A DNA stretch of 64,000 nt, from the NCBI GenBank assembly GCA_038883855.1, contig JAVZLH010000001.1, positions 32,001 through 96,000 of the forward strand. The letters are read 5' to 3'. A model generated the notes under the pieces. That model worked only from the letters and a program-made list of their open reading frames with translations. It was not told the DNA's origin and ran no database searches. A program made the translations under genes and the position numbers. Below are positions 19,933-28,687 of the stretch, in pieces. The DNA is from Candidatus Bathyarchaeia archaeon. Its GTDB lineage: Archaea; Thermoproteota; Bathyarchaeia; Bathyarchaeales; Bathycorpusculaceae. Position 1 is the stretch's first letter. Each line of letters starts with the position of its first letter.

Positions 19933-20325
19933 GTGAGCAAACCTGTTGATGTCGGAAGTTTACGTGTTGGAGGCTACATGATAGTTGATAACGAACCGTG
20001 CCGAATAGTCGACATTACAAAATCCAAGCCTGGAAAACATGGCTCAGCCAAAGCTAGAATAGTAGCCATAGGCGTTTTCGACGGCGTCAAAAGAAGCATA
20101 GTCAAACCAGTAGACTCTAACGTTGAAGTTCCAATAATTGACAAAAGAAGTGGACAGATTTTCGCGGTTACGCCTTCCGGTGTTCAAATAATGGATTTAG
20201 AAACCTATGAATACTTGGATGCGCCTTATCCAGAAGAGGAGGATTTAAAGGCGAAGCTTACTCCAGGCGTTGAAGTCGAGTATTGGCGAATAATGGGAAG
20301 AGTAAAAATAGTTAGAACAAAATAA
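19933..20325 (+). CDS. eif5a: translation factor aIF-5A
   Basis: Hypusine motif SKPGKHGSAK. Confidence 0.97.
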   Translation: MSKPVDVGSLRVGGYMIVDNEPCRIVDITKSKPGKHGSAKARIVAIGVFDGVKRSIVKPVDSNVEVPIIDKRSGQIFAVTPSGVQIMDLETYEYLDAPYPEEEDLKAKLTPGVEVEYWRIMGRVKIVRTK

Positions 20326-20351
20326 TTTAAGACTAGTTTAGGTTTCCTAAG

Positions 20352-20561
20352 TTAACTCCACCAGTCCCAGTTGAGCTTCTTAAAACTTACATAAAGGACC
20401 AGCAGAATTATTCCCCAACTCAGCGCTAAGCCCGCAATCTCCAAAATCAAAGTTTCGCTTAGATAAGTGTAGCTTGCCCACGTGCTTATTGCGCATAAAC
20501 CGACCAGTAAAAGGAGAAAAACTGCGAAGTGGATTGCCCGTTCTGTTCCCATTTTAACCAA
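20352..20561 (-). CDS. small two-TM membrane protein, hypothetical
   Basis: 69-aa ORF with two hydrophobic segments filling an intergenic gap. Confidence 0.6.
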   Translation of the reverse strand: MVKMGTERAIHFAVFLLLLVGLCAISTWASYTYLSETLILEIAGLALSWGIILLVLYVSFKKLNWDWWS

Positions 20562-20638
20562 CCGCTTTCATAAGAGTTTATTTTGTGTTAAATAATTTTT
20601 CATCAAAACTTATCTCGCAGCTTTTTCTAATATGTTTT

Positions 20639-20699
20639 GAAGCCGATGATGCGAGAAGAGCCGTCCGATTTGTGACGACAGCTAAATGTCTGAGGCTTC
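20639..20699 (+). ncRNA. box C/D methylation-guide sRNA
   Basis: Terminal stem GAAGCC/GGCTTC; C box ATGATGC 20646-52; D' CCGA 20665-68; C' GTGACGA 20672-78; D CTGA 20690-93; guides of 12 and 11 nt. Confidence 0.75.
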
Positions 20700-20703
20700 G
20701 CAC

Positions 20704-21147
20704 CTATTCTACTGGTATCTCATATTCATGTTTTCGTGGTAGACGAATTTCCAGAATTCCTTTTTTAAAGCGGACTTCCATTTTATCCATATACACTGGC
20801 ACTGGTATGCGTGTTTGACAGTGGAATGTTTGGAACTCGCCTTTGTAATGAGTTATGCCGAAGTCATCAAACCGTATTTTCCTCTTCATTTCAGCCGTTA
20901 TTTCGAGGGTGTCCTTGCTTATTGGCTTAACCTGTATAGTGTTTTCTTCAGTGTAAGGTAAATCAACGGTCACTATAACTTCTGTAGGAGTTACCACAAC
21001 ATTGCGCAAAGGTTCCATTGTGCAAGTTCGGCAGTTCCAACTTGGTCTCTCAATTAATGCTTCGCTTAGGCGCTCGGCATACTCTTCTAGGCTTTCAAAG
21101 TACTCATCTATTATGTCAAAGATTGTCCGCCTCTTTCTTGTTGACAT
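20704..21147 (-). CDS. small heat shock protein Hsp20/alpha-crystallin family
   Basis: VTVDLP, IPVPV...FKKGILEIRLP and C-terminal IPVE motif. Confidence 0.88.
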   Translation of the reverse strand: MSTRKRRTIFDIIDEYFESLEEYAERLSEALIERPSWNCRTCTMEPLRNVVVTPTEVIVTVDLPYTEENTIQVKPISKDTLEITAEMKRKIRFDDFGITHYKGEFQTFHCQTRIPVPVYMDKMEVRFKKGILEIRLPRKHEYEIPVE

Positions 21148-21158
21148 TTTTCTCCCTC

Positions 21159-21908
21159 CTAAGACACGTACAATGGTATGTCGTATTCCTGTGTCTTCTT
21201 CATCCTCGTTAGCTCTTGCTGGGTCCTCTTCATTATATCTCTTGCCCTTAATCGAATTTCTTCGCCCTTCTCTAGAAGTTTAGAAGTATCCACTTTTATC
21301 CCGATGATGCTCGATAACGCCTTTAGTACTTCCGCGGCGGCTTCAGGGTCGGGATAGTTAAAGAAGCATTGAGCCAATAAAGTTATAGCGGGCAATCCAA
21401 GGTTGGCGCAGCGTTGCAGCATAATTGCTTGCGGTCCAACCATGTAGCCTTCCACTAAAATTTCTATACCCTTCTCTTGAACCATTTTTAGCATTTCTGA
21501 GTTTGAGGCTGCGGCAAAAACTTTTGGTTTTTCAATGTCTTGTCTTTCTTGAATTGGGATGCCGCTTAAGGAAATCATCATTTTAACACCCTTCTCTTTT
21601 CCCCAATTAATTAACGTGTTCATTATTGGGTAAATTGTGTCTGCAGAAATGGCGATTTCCGAAACTGCCAAGAGAAGCCCGTGATTTCCGAAAATTCTTA
21701 TTGGCGAGTGTGGCAGCCCTTCATGCAAGACGATCAGCGGAGGAAGCAGTTTAGAATCTATGTATGCCGCCTCCTCCAGATTTTTCAGTTCTGATATCAA
21801 ATGCGAAGCCGCTATAACGCCCACCAAACCAACATCTGGGAAGCCAAAAAGCATTATGGCGCCTGGCGCTATTTCCTTTTTCTCTACAATCTTAACTTCT
21901 CCACTCAA
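21159..21908 (-). CDS. PAC2 family proteasome assembly chaperone
   Basis: GFPDVGLVG.IA, PIRIF, PDPEAA motifs. Confidence 0.88.
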   Translation of the reverse strand: MSGEVKIVEKKEIAPGAIMLFGFPDVGLVGVIAASHLISELKNLEEAAYIDSKLLPPLIVLHEGLPHSPIRIFGNHGLLLAVSEIAISADTIYPIMNTLINWGKEKGVKMMISLSGIPIQERQDIEKPKVFAAASNSEMLKMVQEKGIEILVEGYMVGPQAIMLQRCANLGLPAITLLAQCFFNYPDPEAAAEVLKALSSIIGIKVDTSKLLEKGEEIRLRARDIMKRTQQELTRMKKTQEYDIPLYVS

Positions 21909-22026
21909 ATTTAACCCTCAATACTTCTAGGCTTATGAGATGTAAAAATCTTTTGCAAGCCTTTAGGGGCTGAAGAGGACGGGATACCTATTTAAAGACG
22001 TGAATAGTTTTAAATTTGGAGAAACC

Positions 22027-23361
22027 ATGGCTTTGGAACATTTAGGCTCATCCCTTTACGAAGCTATAAAGAAAATATTCAGAGCCTCAGTTGTGGACGA
22101 GGCTGCAGTTAAAGAACTCATCCGCGACATACAAAGGGCTCTCCTCCAAGCGGATGTTAACGTGCAACTTGTCTTTGACATATCAAAGCGCATAGAGGAA
22201 AAGGCGTTAAAGGAGAAAGTTCCTCCAGGAATTTCGAGGCGTGAGCATGTAATAAAAGTTGTTTATGAAGAGCTGACCCGCTTCCTCGGAGACAAGCCTG
22301 TTCCATTAAAAGTCGAGCCAGGGGCAAGAAAAGTGATAATGCTTGTCGGCATTCAAGGCTCTGGAAAGACAACAGCCGCCGCCAAACTTGCAAGATACTT
22401 CCAGAAAAGAGGGTTAAAGCCCGCCTTGATCTGCGCCGACACATACCGCCCAGGCGCCTATGCGCAACTTCAGCAGTTGGCAACGAGAATAAATGTGCCA
22501 GTATATGGCGAGTTAAACGCGAAGGACCCTGTGAAAACAGCCCTCAATGGTCTTAAACACTTCAGTAATAGAGATTTAATAATCATTGATACTGCTGGGC
22601 GTCACAAGGAGGAACAAGAACTAATTAAAGAGATGAAAATGCTTGAGAAAAGCATTAAGCCAGATGAAGTAATGCTTGTCATTGATGGGACAATAGGCCA
22701 ACAAGCAATGGTTCAAGCAAAGGCCTTCAACGAAGCCACCCCAATAGGGTCTATTCTCGTAACAAAACTGGATGGGTCGGCAAGAGGCGGAGGAGCCTTA
22801 TCCGCTGTTGCGGCGACAGGCGCACCAATAAAGTTTGTTGGCACGGGCGAAAAAATAGAGGATATAGAACCTTTTATTCCATCACGCTTTGTTGGTCGAC
22901 TGCTGGGGATGGGCGACCTTGAAACGTTGCTTGAGAAAGTTCGCGAAGCAGAAGTGAAAGTTCCAGAGAAAAAGGCTAAGGCTATCCTAAGCGGTAAGTT
23001 CACGCTAACAGACATGTATGAACAGTTCGAAGCCATGAAGGGAATGGGTGCATTAAAGAAGCTTTTGAAAATGATGCCGGGTATGTCATACAACGTGCCA
23101 GAGGAAATGTTAGATACGGCTGAAGACCGCTTGGAAAAGTGGCGTGTGATGATTCAATCTATGACGACAGAAGAGAGAGAAAACCCCAAGATTTTCAACG
23201 CATCGAGAATTAGGCGTGTTGCCAGGGGTTCGGGAACAAGCGAAAAAGAAGTGAAGGAGCTTCTGAAGCAGTATGTGCTAATGCGGAGAATGATGAAGAC
23301 GCTGCGGAGGAAAAAGAAACTGCCCTTCTTAGGAAAAGGGTTACAATTAGATTTTAAGTAG
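22027..23361 (+). CDS. srp54: signal recognition particle protein SRP54
   Basis: GIQGSGKTT, DTAGRH, TKLDGSARGGGALS, M-domain SRIRRVARGSG; ATG 22027 preferred. Confidence 0.97.
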   Translation: MALEHLGSSLYEAIKKIFRASVVDEAAVKELIRDIQRALLQADVNVQLVFDISKRIEEKALKEKVPPGISRREHVIKVVYEELTRFLGDKPVPLKVEPGARKVIMLVGIQGSGKTTAAAKLARYFQKRGLKPALICADTYRPGAYAQLQQLATRINVPVYGELNAKDPVKTALNGLKHFSNRDLIIIDTAGRHKEEQELIKEMKMLEKSIKPDEVMLVIDGTIGQQAMVQAKAFNEATPIGSILVTKLDGSARGGGALSAVAATGAPIKFVGTGEKIEDIEPFIPSRFVGRLLGMGDLETLLEKVREAEVKVPEKKAKAILSGKFTLTDMYEQFEAMKGMGALKKLLKMMPGMSYNVPEEMLDTAEDRLEKWRVMIQSMTTEERENPKIFNASRIRRVARGSGTSEKEVKELLKQYVLMRRMMKTLRRKKKLPFLGKGLQLDFK

Positions 23362-23368
23362 CCCTCCA

Positions 23369-24724
23369 GTGAAGATGGGAAAGGTTCCAATGGAAATCTT
23401 GGCGAAAGCGTTGGAAATGCTTGAAAAATACCCTTTATGCGACCATTGTCTTGGACGGCAATTTGCAATGCTAGGCCATAACATGGAAAACAGCGAGAGA
23501 GGCGAATCAATAAAATTAGCCTTAGTGCTTAAAGCTCATGCGCTAGCCTTATCAAAAGACAAACAAGGCATAAAAGAACTTAAAATTCTTGCAACAAACG
23601 GTTTCTCCAAAATAGCAAAAGAGATTCTTCTCAAAATGAAGAAACCTATTTCAGACAAAGCAACTCCTGAAAAATGTTTTTTGTGCGCGAACAAGTTTGA
23701 AGCCATCGATAATTTGGTTCAAAAAGCCATAGAAAAGCTTGAGGGATATGAATTTAGAAATTTTCTTGTTGGCATAGAGCTTCCCGTAGTGGTCGCGGAA
23801 CGCGAAGACGAGTTTAAGGCAGAGTTTGAGGTGAACTATGGTGAAAGTATAAAAAACGAGTTTGGAAGGGTCATAGGGCGAAAAATCGCGGAAAAAACAG
23901 GCAAAGAAGTTGAATTTAAAAAACCGGATATGGTAGTGCTGATAAACCCCTTCACAGAGGAAGTTCGGCTCCAAGTAAACCCCCTATACATTGGGGGGCG
24001 ATATAAGAAACTTGCAAGAGGAATTCCTCAATCCAAGTGGTTCTGTCAGAACTGCCGCGGAAAAGGCTGTGAGAAATGTAACTGGACGGGAAAGATGTAT
24101 CCAGAATCAGTAGAGGAATTGATTGCAAAACCCTTATTGGATCTAACGGGCAGCGTCAAAAGCGCTTTCCACGCTTCTGGAAGGGAGGATATTGATGCCA
24201 GAATGCTTGGCGAAGGACGCCCTTTTGTAATCGAGTTGACAAAACCGCGAAAAAGGTTTCTCGACCTTAAGGAAGTTGAAGAAAAGATTAACGCTCACGC
24301 CAAAGGCAAAGTCGAGGTTTCGAATCTTCATTTTACAGACAAAGATGTTGTCAGAAAGTTAAAGAAAGCGGAGTCAGCGCAGAAGGAATATCGTGTCTTG
24401 ATAGAATTTGAAAAAGAAATTAAAGCAAGTGATATGCGCTTGTTGGAGGAAAAATTAACAGGGTTAACCGTGAAACAACGCACCCCCCTGCGAGTTTTAC
24501 ATAGGCGAGCTGACATGACACGAGAAAAGCACATATATGAGGTAAAGGTAAAGATGTTGTCGCCAAAAAGGGCTGAGATGAAAATACGATGTCAAGGGGG
24601 GCTTTACGTTAAAGAATTGGTTACAGGTGATAAAGGAAGAACAACCCCCAGTGTTTCAGAAATCCTCGGTGTCCAAGCGAAGTCTCTAAAACTTGATGTT
24701 TTAAACGTTATTATGGAGGATTAG
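23369..24724 (+). CDS. pus10: tRNA pseudouridine(54/55) synthase Pus10
   Basis: CDHCLGRQF, GRYKK, HASGREDIDARMLG, GGLYVKEL. Confidence 0.95.
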   Translation: MKMGKVPMEILAKALEMLEKYPLCDHCLGRQFAMLGHNMENSERGESIKLALVLKAHALALSKDKQGIKELKILATNGFSKIAKEILLKMKKPISDKATPEKCFLCANKFEAIDNLVQKAIEKLEGYEFRNFLVGIELPVVVAEREDEFKAEFEVNYGESIKNEFGRVIGRKIAEKTGKEVEFKKPDMVVLINPFTEEVRLQVNPLYIGGRYKKLARGIPQSKWFCQNCRGKGCEKCNWTGKMYPESVEELIAKPLLDLTGSVKSAFHASGREDIDARMLGEGRPFVIELTKPRKRFLDLKEVEEKINAHAKGKVEVSNLHFTDKDVVRKLKKAESAQKEYRVLIEFEKEIKASDMRLLEEKLTGLTVKQRTPLRVLHRRADMTREKHIYEVKVKMLSPKRAEMKIRCQGGLYVKELVTGDKGRTTPSVSEILGVQAKSLKLDVLNVIMED

Positions 24725-24737
24725 AGAGGTAAGGAAA

Positions 24738-25031
24738 ATGAGGAAGTCAAAAGGGTACCGCGCTGGAACACGCCGTCTCCTCAAAAAGAAGCCTCGAGAA
24801 CGGGGAAAAATCAAACTAAGTAAACTCCTCTACGAATACCAACCCGGAACGCGAGTGGTTATTAAAATAGACCCTAGCGTGCATAAGGGGATGCCTCACA
24901 GACGTTATCATGGAAAGGTGGCCACGGTAATCGACAAAAGAGGACGAAGTTATGTTTTAAGTGTCACTCAAGGAGACGCAAATAAAGAAATTGTTGTCAG
25001 ACCCGAACACTTAGAGCCATATGAAGGATGA
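24738..25031 (+). CDS. rpl21e: 50S ribosomal protein L21e
   Basis: SKGYRAGTR, KGMPHRRYHGK, VRPEHL. Confidence 0.97.
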   Translation: MRKSKGYRAGTRRLLKKKPRERGKIKLSKLLYEYQPGTRVVIKIDPSVHKGMPHRRYHGKVATVIDKRGRSYVLSVTQGDANKEIVVRPEHLEPYEG

Positions 25032-25375
25032 TTAAAATGGCGAAGAAGGCTGTGTCAGAAAAAAATCTTACCCTTCCCGAGGTTAAAAAGATACTTGAAT
25101 CCATAGGTGAAGAAAACCTAGACCAGTTCCAGCGGCGAACTTACGACTATGTTTCTAAATTTTCAAAAGTGGAGGCTGAAGACGCCGTAAAACTTGTTGA
25201 AACTCTCGTAAGCGAATTTGGCTTAGAGGAGGATGAGGCGGTTCAAATAGTTAATTGCATGCCGAAAAGCGTTGAAGAATTAAGGGTTTTTCTTGCTGGC
25301 GGCCGCAAAATTATTGAAACTTCTAAATTGGAGGCTATGGTTAAACTTTTGAATGAACATCGAAAATTGAAATAG
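25028..25375 (+). CDS. rpo4: RNA polymerase subunit Rpo4 (RpoF)
   Basis: YVSKFSK, IVNCMPKSVEELR; conserved position after rpl21e. Confidence 0.9.
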   Translation: MIKMAKKAVSEKNLTLPEVKKILESIGEENLDQFQRRTYDYVSKFSKVEAEDAVKLVETLVSEFGLEEDEAVQIVNCMPKSVEELRVFLAGGRKIIETSKLEAMVKLLNEHRKLK

Positions 25376-25435
25376 GCAAAGTTGCTATTATTTTTAAACA
25401 ATAACTGAGATAAGTAAAGGATAATAAAGGCGAAT

Positions 25436-26011
25436 ATGGCTATGACTGAAAAGCGGTACGAAGAGTATGCGTACGTCCTAGACTTTCTGCCTCATGGGCG
25501 CCCTGGAGTGCGCCCTTCGGGTAGGGCTGGTTATCGAGCTGGTGCCCTTGTCCAGTTGGTCGGTGAGGATTTCTTCACTCTTTTGGAGGCGTTAGCCAAA
25601 GAGGGAGTAACGTTAAAACCGCATGACCGCGTTTATGTTGGGAAGGAAGCGCGAGAGGAAATAACCTACATTATAGGGCGGATAGGTTATGAGGAGTTAA
25701 CCGCAGCGGCGAAGATGGAGCTTCCGGCCGTTATTAGCCGGATAGTGTTGAACCGTGAAAAGTGGTTTATAGATTTCTTCAATAATGCAAGGGCGATTAC
25801 GCCGCGGATGCACGCTTTGGAGCTTATTCCTGGAATAGGGAAAAAGTACATGTGGCAAGTTATAAATGAGCGGGAGAAAAAGCCTTTTGAAAGCTTTGAA
25901 GATTTGCAAAAACGCACGGAACTGCCTAACCCAGTTAAGTTGATTACTAAGCGAATTTTGGAGGAGTTAGCTGGCGAAAGCAAATACCGCTTGTTTACAC
26001 GTGCTCAGTAG
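25436..26011 (+). CDS. DUF655 family putative RNA-binding protein
   Basis: EEYAYVLDFLP, FTLLE, HALELIPGIGKK HhH motif. Confidence 0.92.
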   Translation: MAMTEKRYEEYAYVLDFLPHGRPGVRPSGRAGYRAGALVQLVGEDFFTLLEALAKEGVTLKPHDRVYVGKEAREEITYIIGRIGYEELTAAAKMELPAVISRIVLNREKWFIDFFNNARAITPRMHALELIPGIGKKYMWQVINEREKKPFESFEDLQKRTELPNPVKLITKRILEELAGESKYRLFTRAQ

Positions 26012-26031
26012 TGCTTTTCCAGTGAAGCTTT

Positions 26032-26829
26032 ATGAGTCTTTTAGAAGCTACGAAGTTTTTACTTCGAAAACATCGATTTCTTCCGAAGAAGCGTTTGGGA
26101 CAGAACTTCATGGTCGATGCCGCAACTATTGAGCGTATGTGCACCTATGCCTCCCTTTGTAAAGACGATGTGGTTTTAGATGTTGGTGCTGGCTTAGGCT
26201 TTTTGGCGCGTGCCTTGGCGAAAAAGTGTAAAAGTGTTTTGGCTGTTGAACTTGACAAAAAGCTTGTATGGATCTTACGTGAACAGACTAGCGATGTGCC
26301 AAACATTAAAGTAATCGGAGGGGACGTGTTAAAGGTTCACATTCCTGAATTTAACAAAGCGGTTTCTATTCCGCCTTATGGAATTTCTTCTCGCCTACTT
26401 TTGTGGCTTTTTGAGAGAAATTTCGATTGTGCAGTTCTAGTTCTTCAAAAGGAATTTGCAAACCGCCTCATAGCTGATGTTGGAAGCGATGACTATGGGT
26501 GGCTTACAGTCTTCACGTATTACCATGCGAATGTTGAACTTTTGGATGAGGTTCCAAAATGGATGTTTTACCCCCCTCCCAAAGTTGACTCCATCATCGT
26601 CAGATTAAAACCGCGAAAACCGCCTCCATTCAAGCTGAAAAACGAGGAGCTTTTTAGGCATTTGGTACGGTTGCTTTTTACTCAGCGGAACAGGAAGGTT
26701 AAAAATGTCTTTAAATTAATGGCAGAAGAAACGGTTAGACCCGCTGTGGTTCTTCCATTTCGTGATAGACGTGTCAGAGAGTTAGCCCCAGAAGATTTTG
26801 GAGCGCTGGCAAATGCCCTTTCAAGTTAA
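26032..26829 (+). CDS. rsmA: 16S rRNA adenine dimethyltransferase KsgA/Dim1
   Basis: KRLGQNF, DVGAGLG, QKEFA.RL, FYPPPKVDS. Confidence 0.93.
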   Translation: MSLLEATKFLLRKHRFLPKKRLGQNFMVDAATIERMCTYASLCKDDVVLDVGAGLGFLARALAKKCKSVLAVELDKKLVWILREQTSDVPNIKVIGGDVLKVHIPEFNKAVSIPPYGISSRLLLWLFERNFDCAVLVLQKEFANRLIADVGSDDYGWLTVFTYYHANVELLDEVPKWMFYPPPKVDSIIVRLKPRKPPPFKLKNEELFRHLVRLLFTQRNRKVKNVFKLMAEETVRPAVVLPFRDRRVRELAPEDFGALANALSS

Positions 26830-27430
26830 AAAAGTGTTTTTCGCGGACTACGTCTTTCACGTTTGGGAAAATGTTTACGAACCAGCGGAAGACTCCTTCC
26901 TTTTTGCGGAAAACCTAACTATAAAAGAGGGTGAGAAGGTTTTGGACATAGGTACGGGCTGTGGCATACTTGGCATAATTGCAGCGGAAAAAGCCTCCGA
27001 AGTTGTGGCTGTGGACATAAACCCGTACGCTGTAAAATGTGCAATGGAAAATGCCAAACTAAACAATGTTGCGGACAAGATTTCCTTCATACAAGGCGAC
27101 TTATTCATGCCTTTAAGGCAAGGGACAAAGTTTGATGTTATCCTTTTCAATGCCCCCTATCTTCCTTCTACACGCGAAGAGGAAAATTCTTGGATTGCTC
27201 GCGCTTGGGCTGGTGGAAGTGGTGGCAGAGATCTCATAGACCGCTTTATTCATGAAGCACCAAAGTTTCTTGAGCGAAACGGGCGGATATTGCTGTTGCA
27301 ATCCACTTTGTCTGATGTAAGTAAGACGTTAACGGGTTTTTCGCAGCATGGTCTTAAAACAAGTGTTTTAGCGAAGCGTAATTTGCCTTTCTTTGAGACC
27401 ATCTTGCTTGTTAAAGCGGAGCTTAAATGA
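26813..27430 (+). CDS. HemK2/N6AMT1-like release factor glutamine methyltransferase
   Basis: VYEPAEDSFL, DIGTGCG, FNAPY, WAGG..GR. Confidence 0.9.
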   Translation: MPFQVKKVFFADYVFHVWENVYEPAEDSFLFAENLTIKEGEKVLDIGTGCGILGIIAAEKASEVVAVDINPYAVKCAMENAKLNNVADKISFIQGDLFMPLRQGTKFDVILFNAPYLPSTREEENSWIARAWAGGSGGRDLIDRFIHEAPKFLERNGRILLLQSTLSDVSKTLTGFSQHGLKTSVLAKRNLPFFETILLVKAELK

Positions 27431-27524
27431 TACTATATGTGAAGTATAGCGCATGAGTTTTTCATCAAAAAATATATAACGTAAACGTTAGAATTGCTAG
27501 AAAACAGTTTGAGGTGCTTGTACG

Positions 27525-28040
27525 ATGTGCATCCTTGGTAAAGATAGGCTTAAAGAGCTTATTGAAAAGTATAAGTGCATATATCCCTATGACTATAATC
27601 TGCTCGATGGGGACAGTTACATTCTGACAGTTAAGGAGGAAACAACTCTGCACTATTTAGAACATAAAAACCTAATATCCTATGAGATAGTGTTTACTCC
27701 ACCAAACTATGTTGCCCATCTGACAGCCAAAAGCAAATACGGGCGCATGGGTTTATCCTTCCTAAACGCGGCCAAAGTCCATAGCGGGTTTGTCGGGAGA
27801 CTTGCCTTAGAACTAGTGAACTTAAGCAATGACCGTTGCCCGATCACAATTAAACGTGGAGACCCCTTTATGCACATTGAATTCGTGACGAGGGAAGGGG
27901 AACCTTCACCTTACATGGGGGAGTACCAGTTCCAATATCTGACAAACGAAGAAATGCAGATGTACATACCAATCTTAAAAAAGGTTTTTCCAAACTACGA
28001 TGAACTTGCTAAAGTCTGGCTCAAAAACAAGCGACTTTAA
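27525..28040 (+). CDS. dCTP deaminase/dUTPase family protein
   Basis: AKSKYGRMG, KVHSGFVG.LALEL.N and Y.G.YQ trimeric dUTPase-fold motifs. Confidence 0.8.
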   Translation: MCILGKDRLKELIEKYKCIYPYDYNLLDGDSYILTVKEETTLHYLEHKNLISYEIVFTPPNYVAHLTAKSKYGRMGLSFLNAAKVHSGFVGRLALELVNLSNDRCPITIKRGDPFMHIEFVTREGEPSPYMGEYQFQYLTNEEMQMYIPILKKVFPNYDELAKVWLKNKRL

Positions 28041-28168
28041 GCATATATAAAACTTTACTCCTCATAATTATTGCTGGTAATAACTTGAAATTCATAACTT
28101 TAATCAAAAAAGTTAACTCTACAAATCGTTTAAATATCACCGTAATCGTATGCTGAAGAGGATGTCTC

Positions 28169-28687
28169 ATGCGCGCAAAAAATTACCGAGCTGTAAAAGG
28201 GCAGCCCTACACTAGGAGAGAGTTTGTAAAAGGCTTTCCCCCTCCGAAAATAACTAAATTTACTATGGGAGATACTAAGGCAAAATTTGAATTTGAAGTT
28301 AAACTTATAGCCACGGAAAGGGCTCAAGTGCGTCACAATGCTCTAGAGGCAGCGCGGGTTGCGGCAAACCGTCTGTTGATGGATAAACTTGTAAACAACT
28401 ACCGCTTACAAGTTCGCCCTTACCCGCACGTAATCCTTAGAGAAAACAAAATGATTTTTGGCGCACATGCCGACCGCCTCCAAGATGGCATGCGAAGAGC
28501 TTTTGGAAAACCTATTGGAACCGCAGCCCGAATTGAACCGAATCAAGCGATAATAACGGTTAACGTGAATGCTGACGGAATCGAAGTAGCCAAAGAAGCC
28601 TTGAAACGTGGAAGCGCCAAACTTCCAATTCCATGCAAAATAGTTGTTGAAAAAGCGTTAAAAGAAGAGGTGAAGAGTGTTGAGTGA
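28169..28687 (+). CDS. rpl10e: 50S ribosomal protein L10e (uL16)
   Basis: ALEAAR, LRENKM..GA.ADRLQDGMRRAFGKP. Confidence 0.97.
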   Translation: MRAKNYRAVKGQPYTRREFVKGFPPPKITKFTMGDTKAKFEFEVKLIATERAQVRHNALEAARVAANRLLMDKLVNNYRLQVRPYPHVILRENKMIFGAHADRLQDGMRRAFGKPIGTAARIEPNQAIITVNVNADGIEVAKEALKRGSAKLPIPCKIVVEKALKEEVKSVE

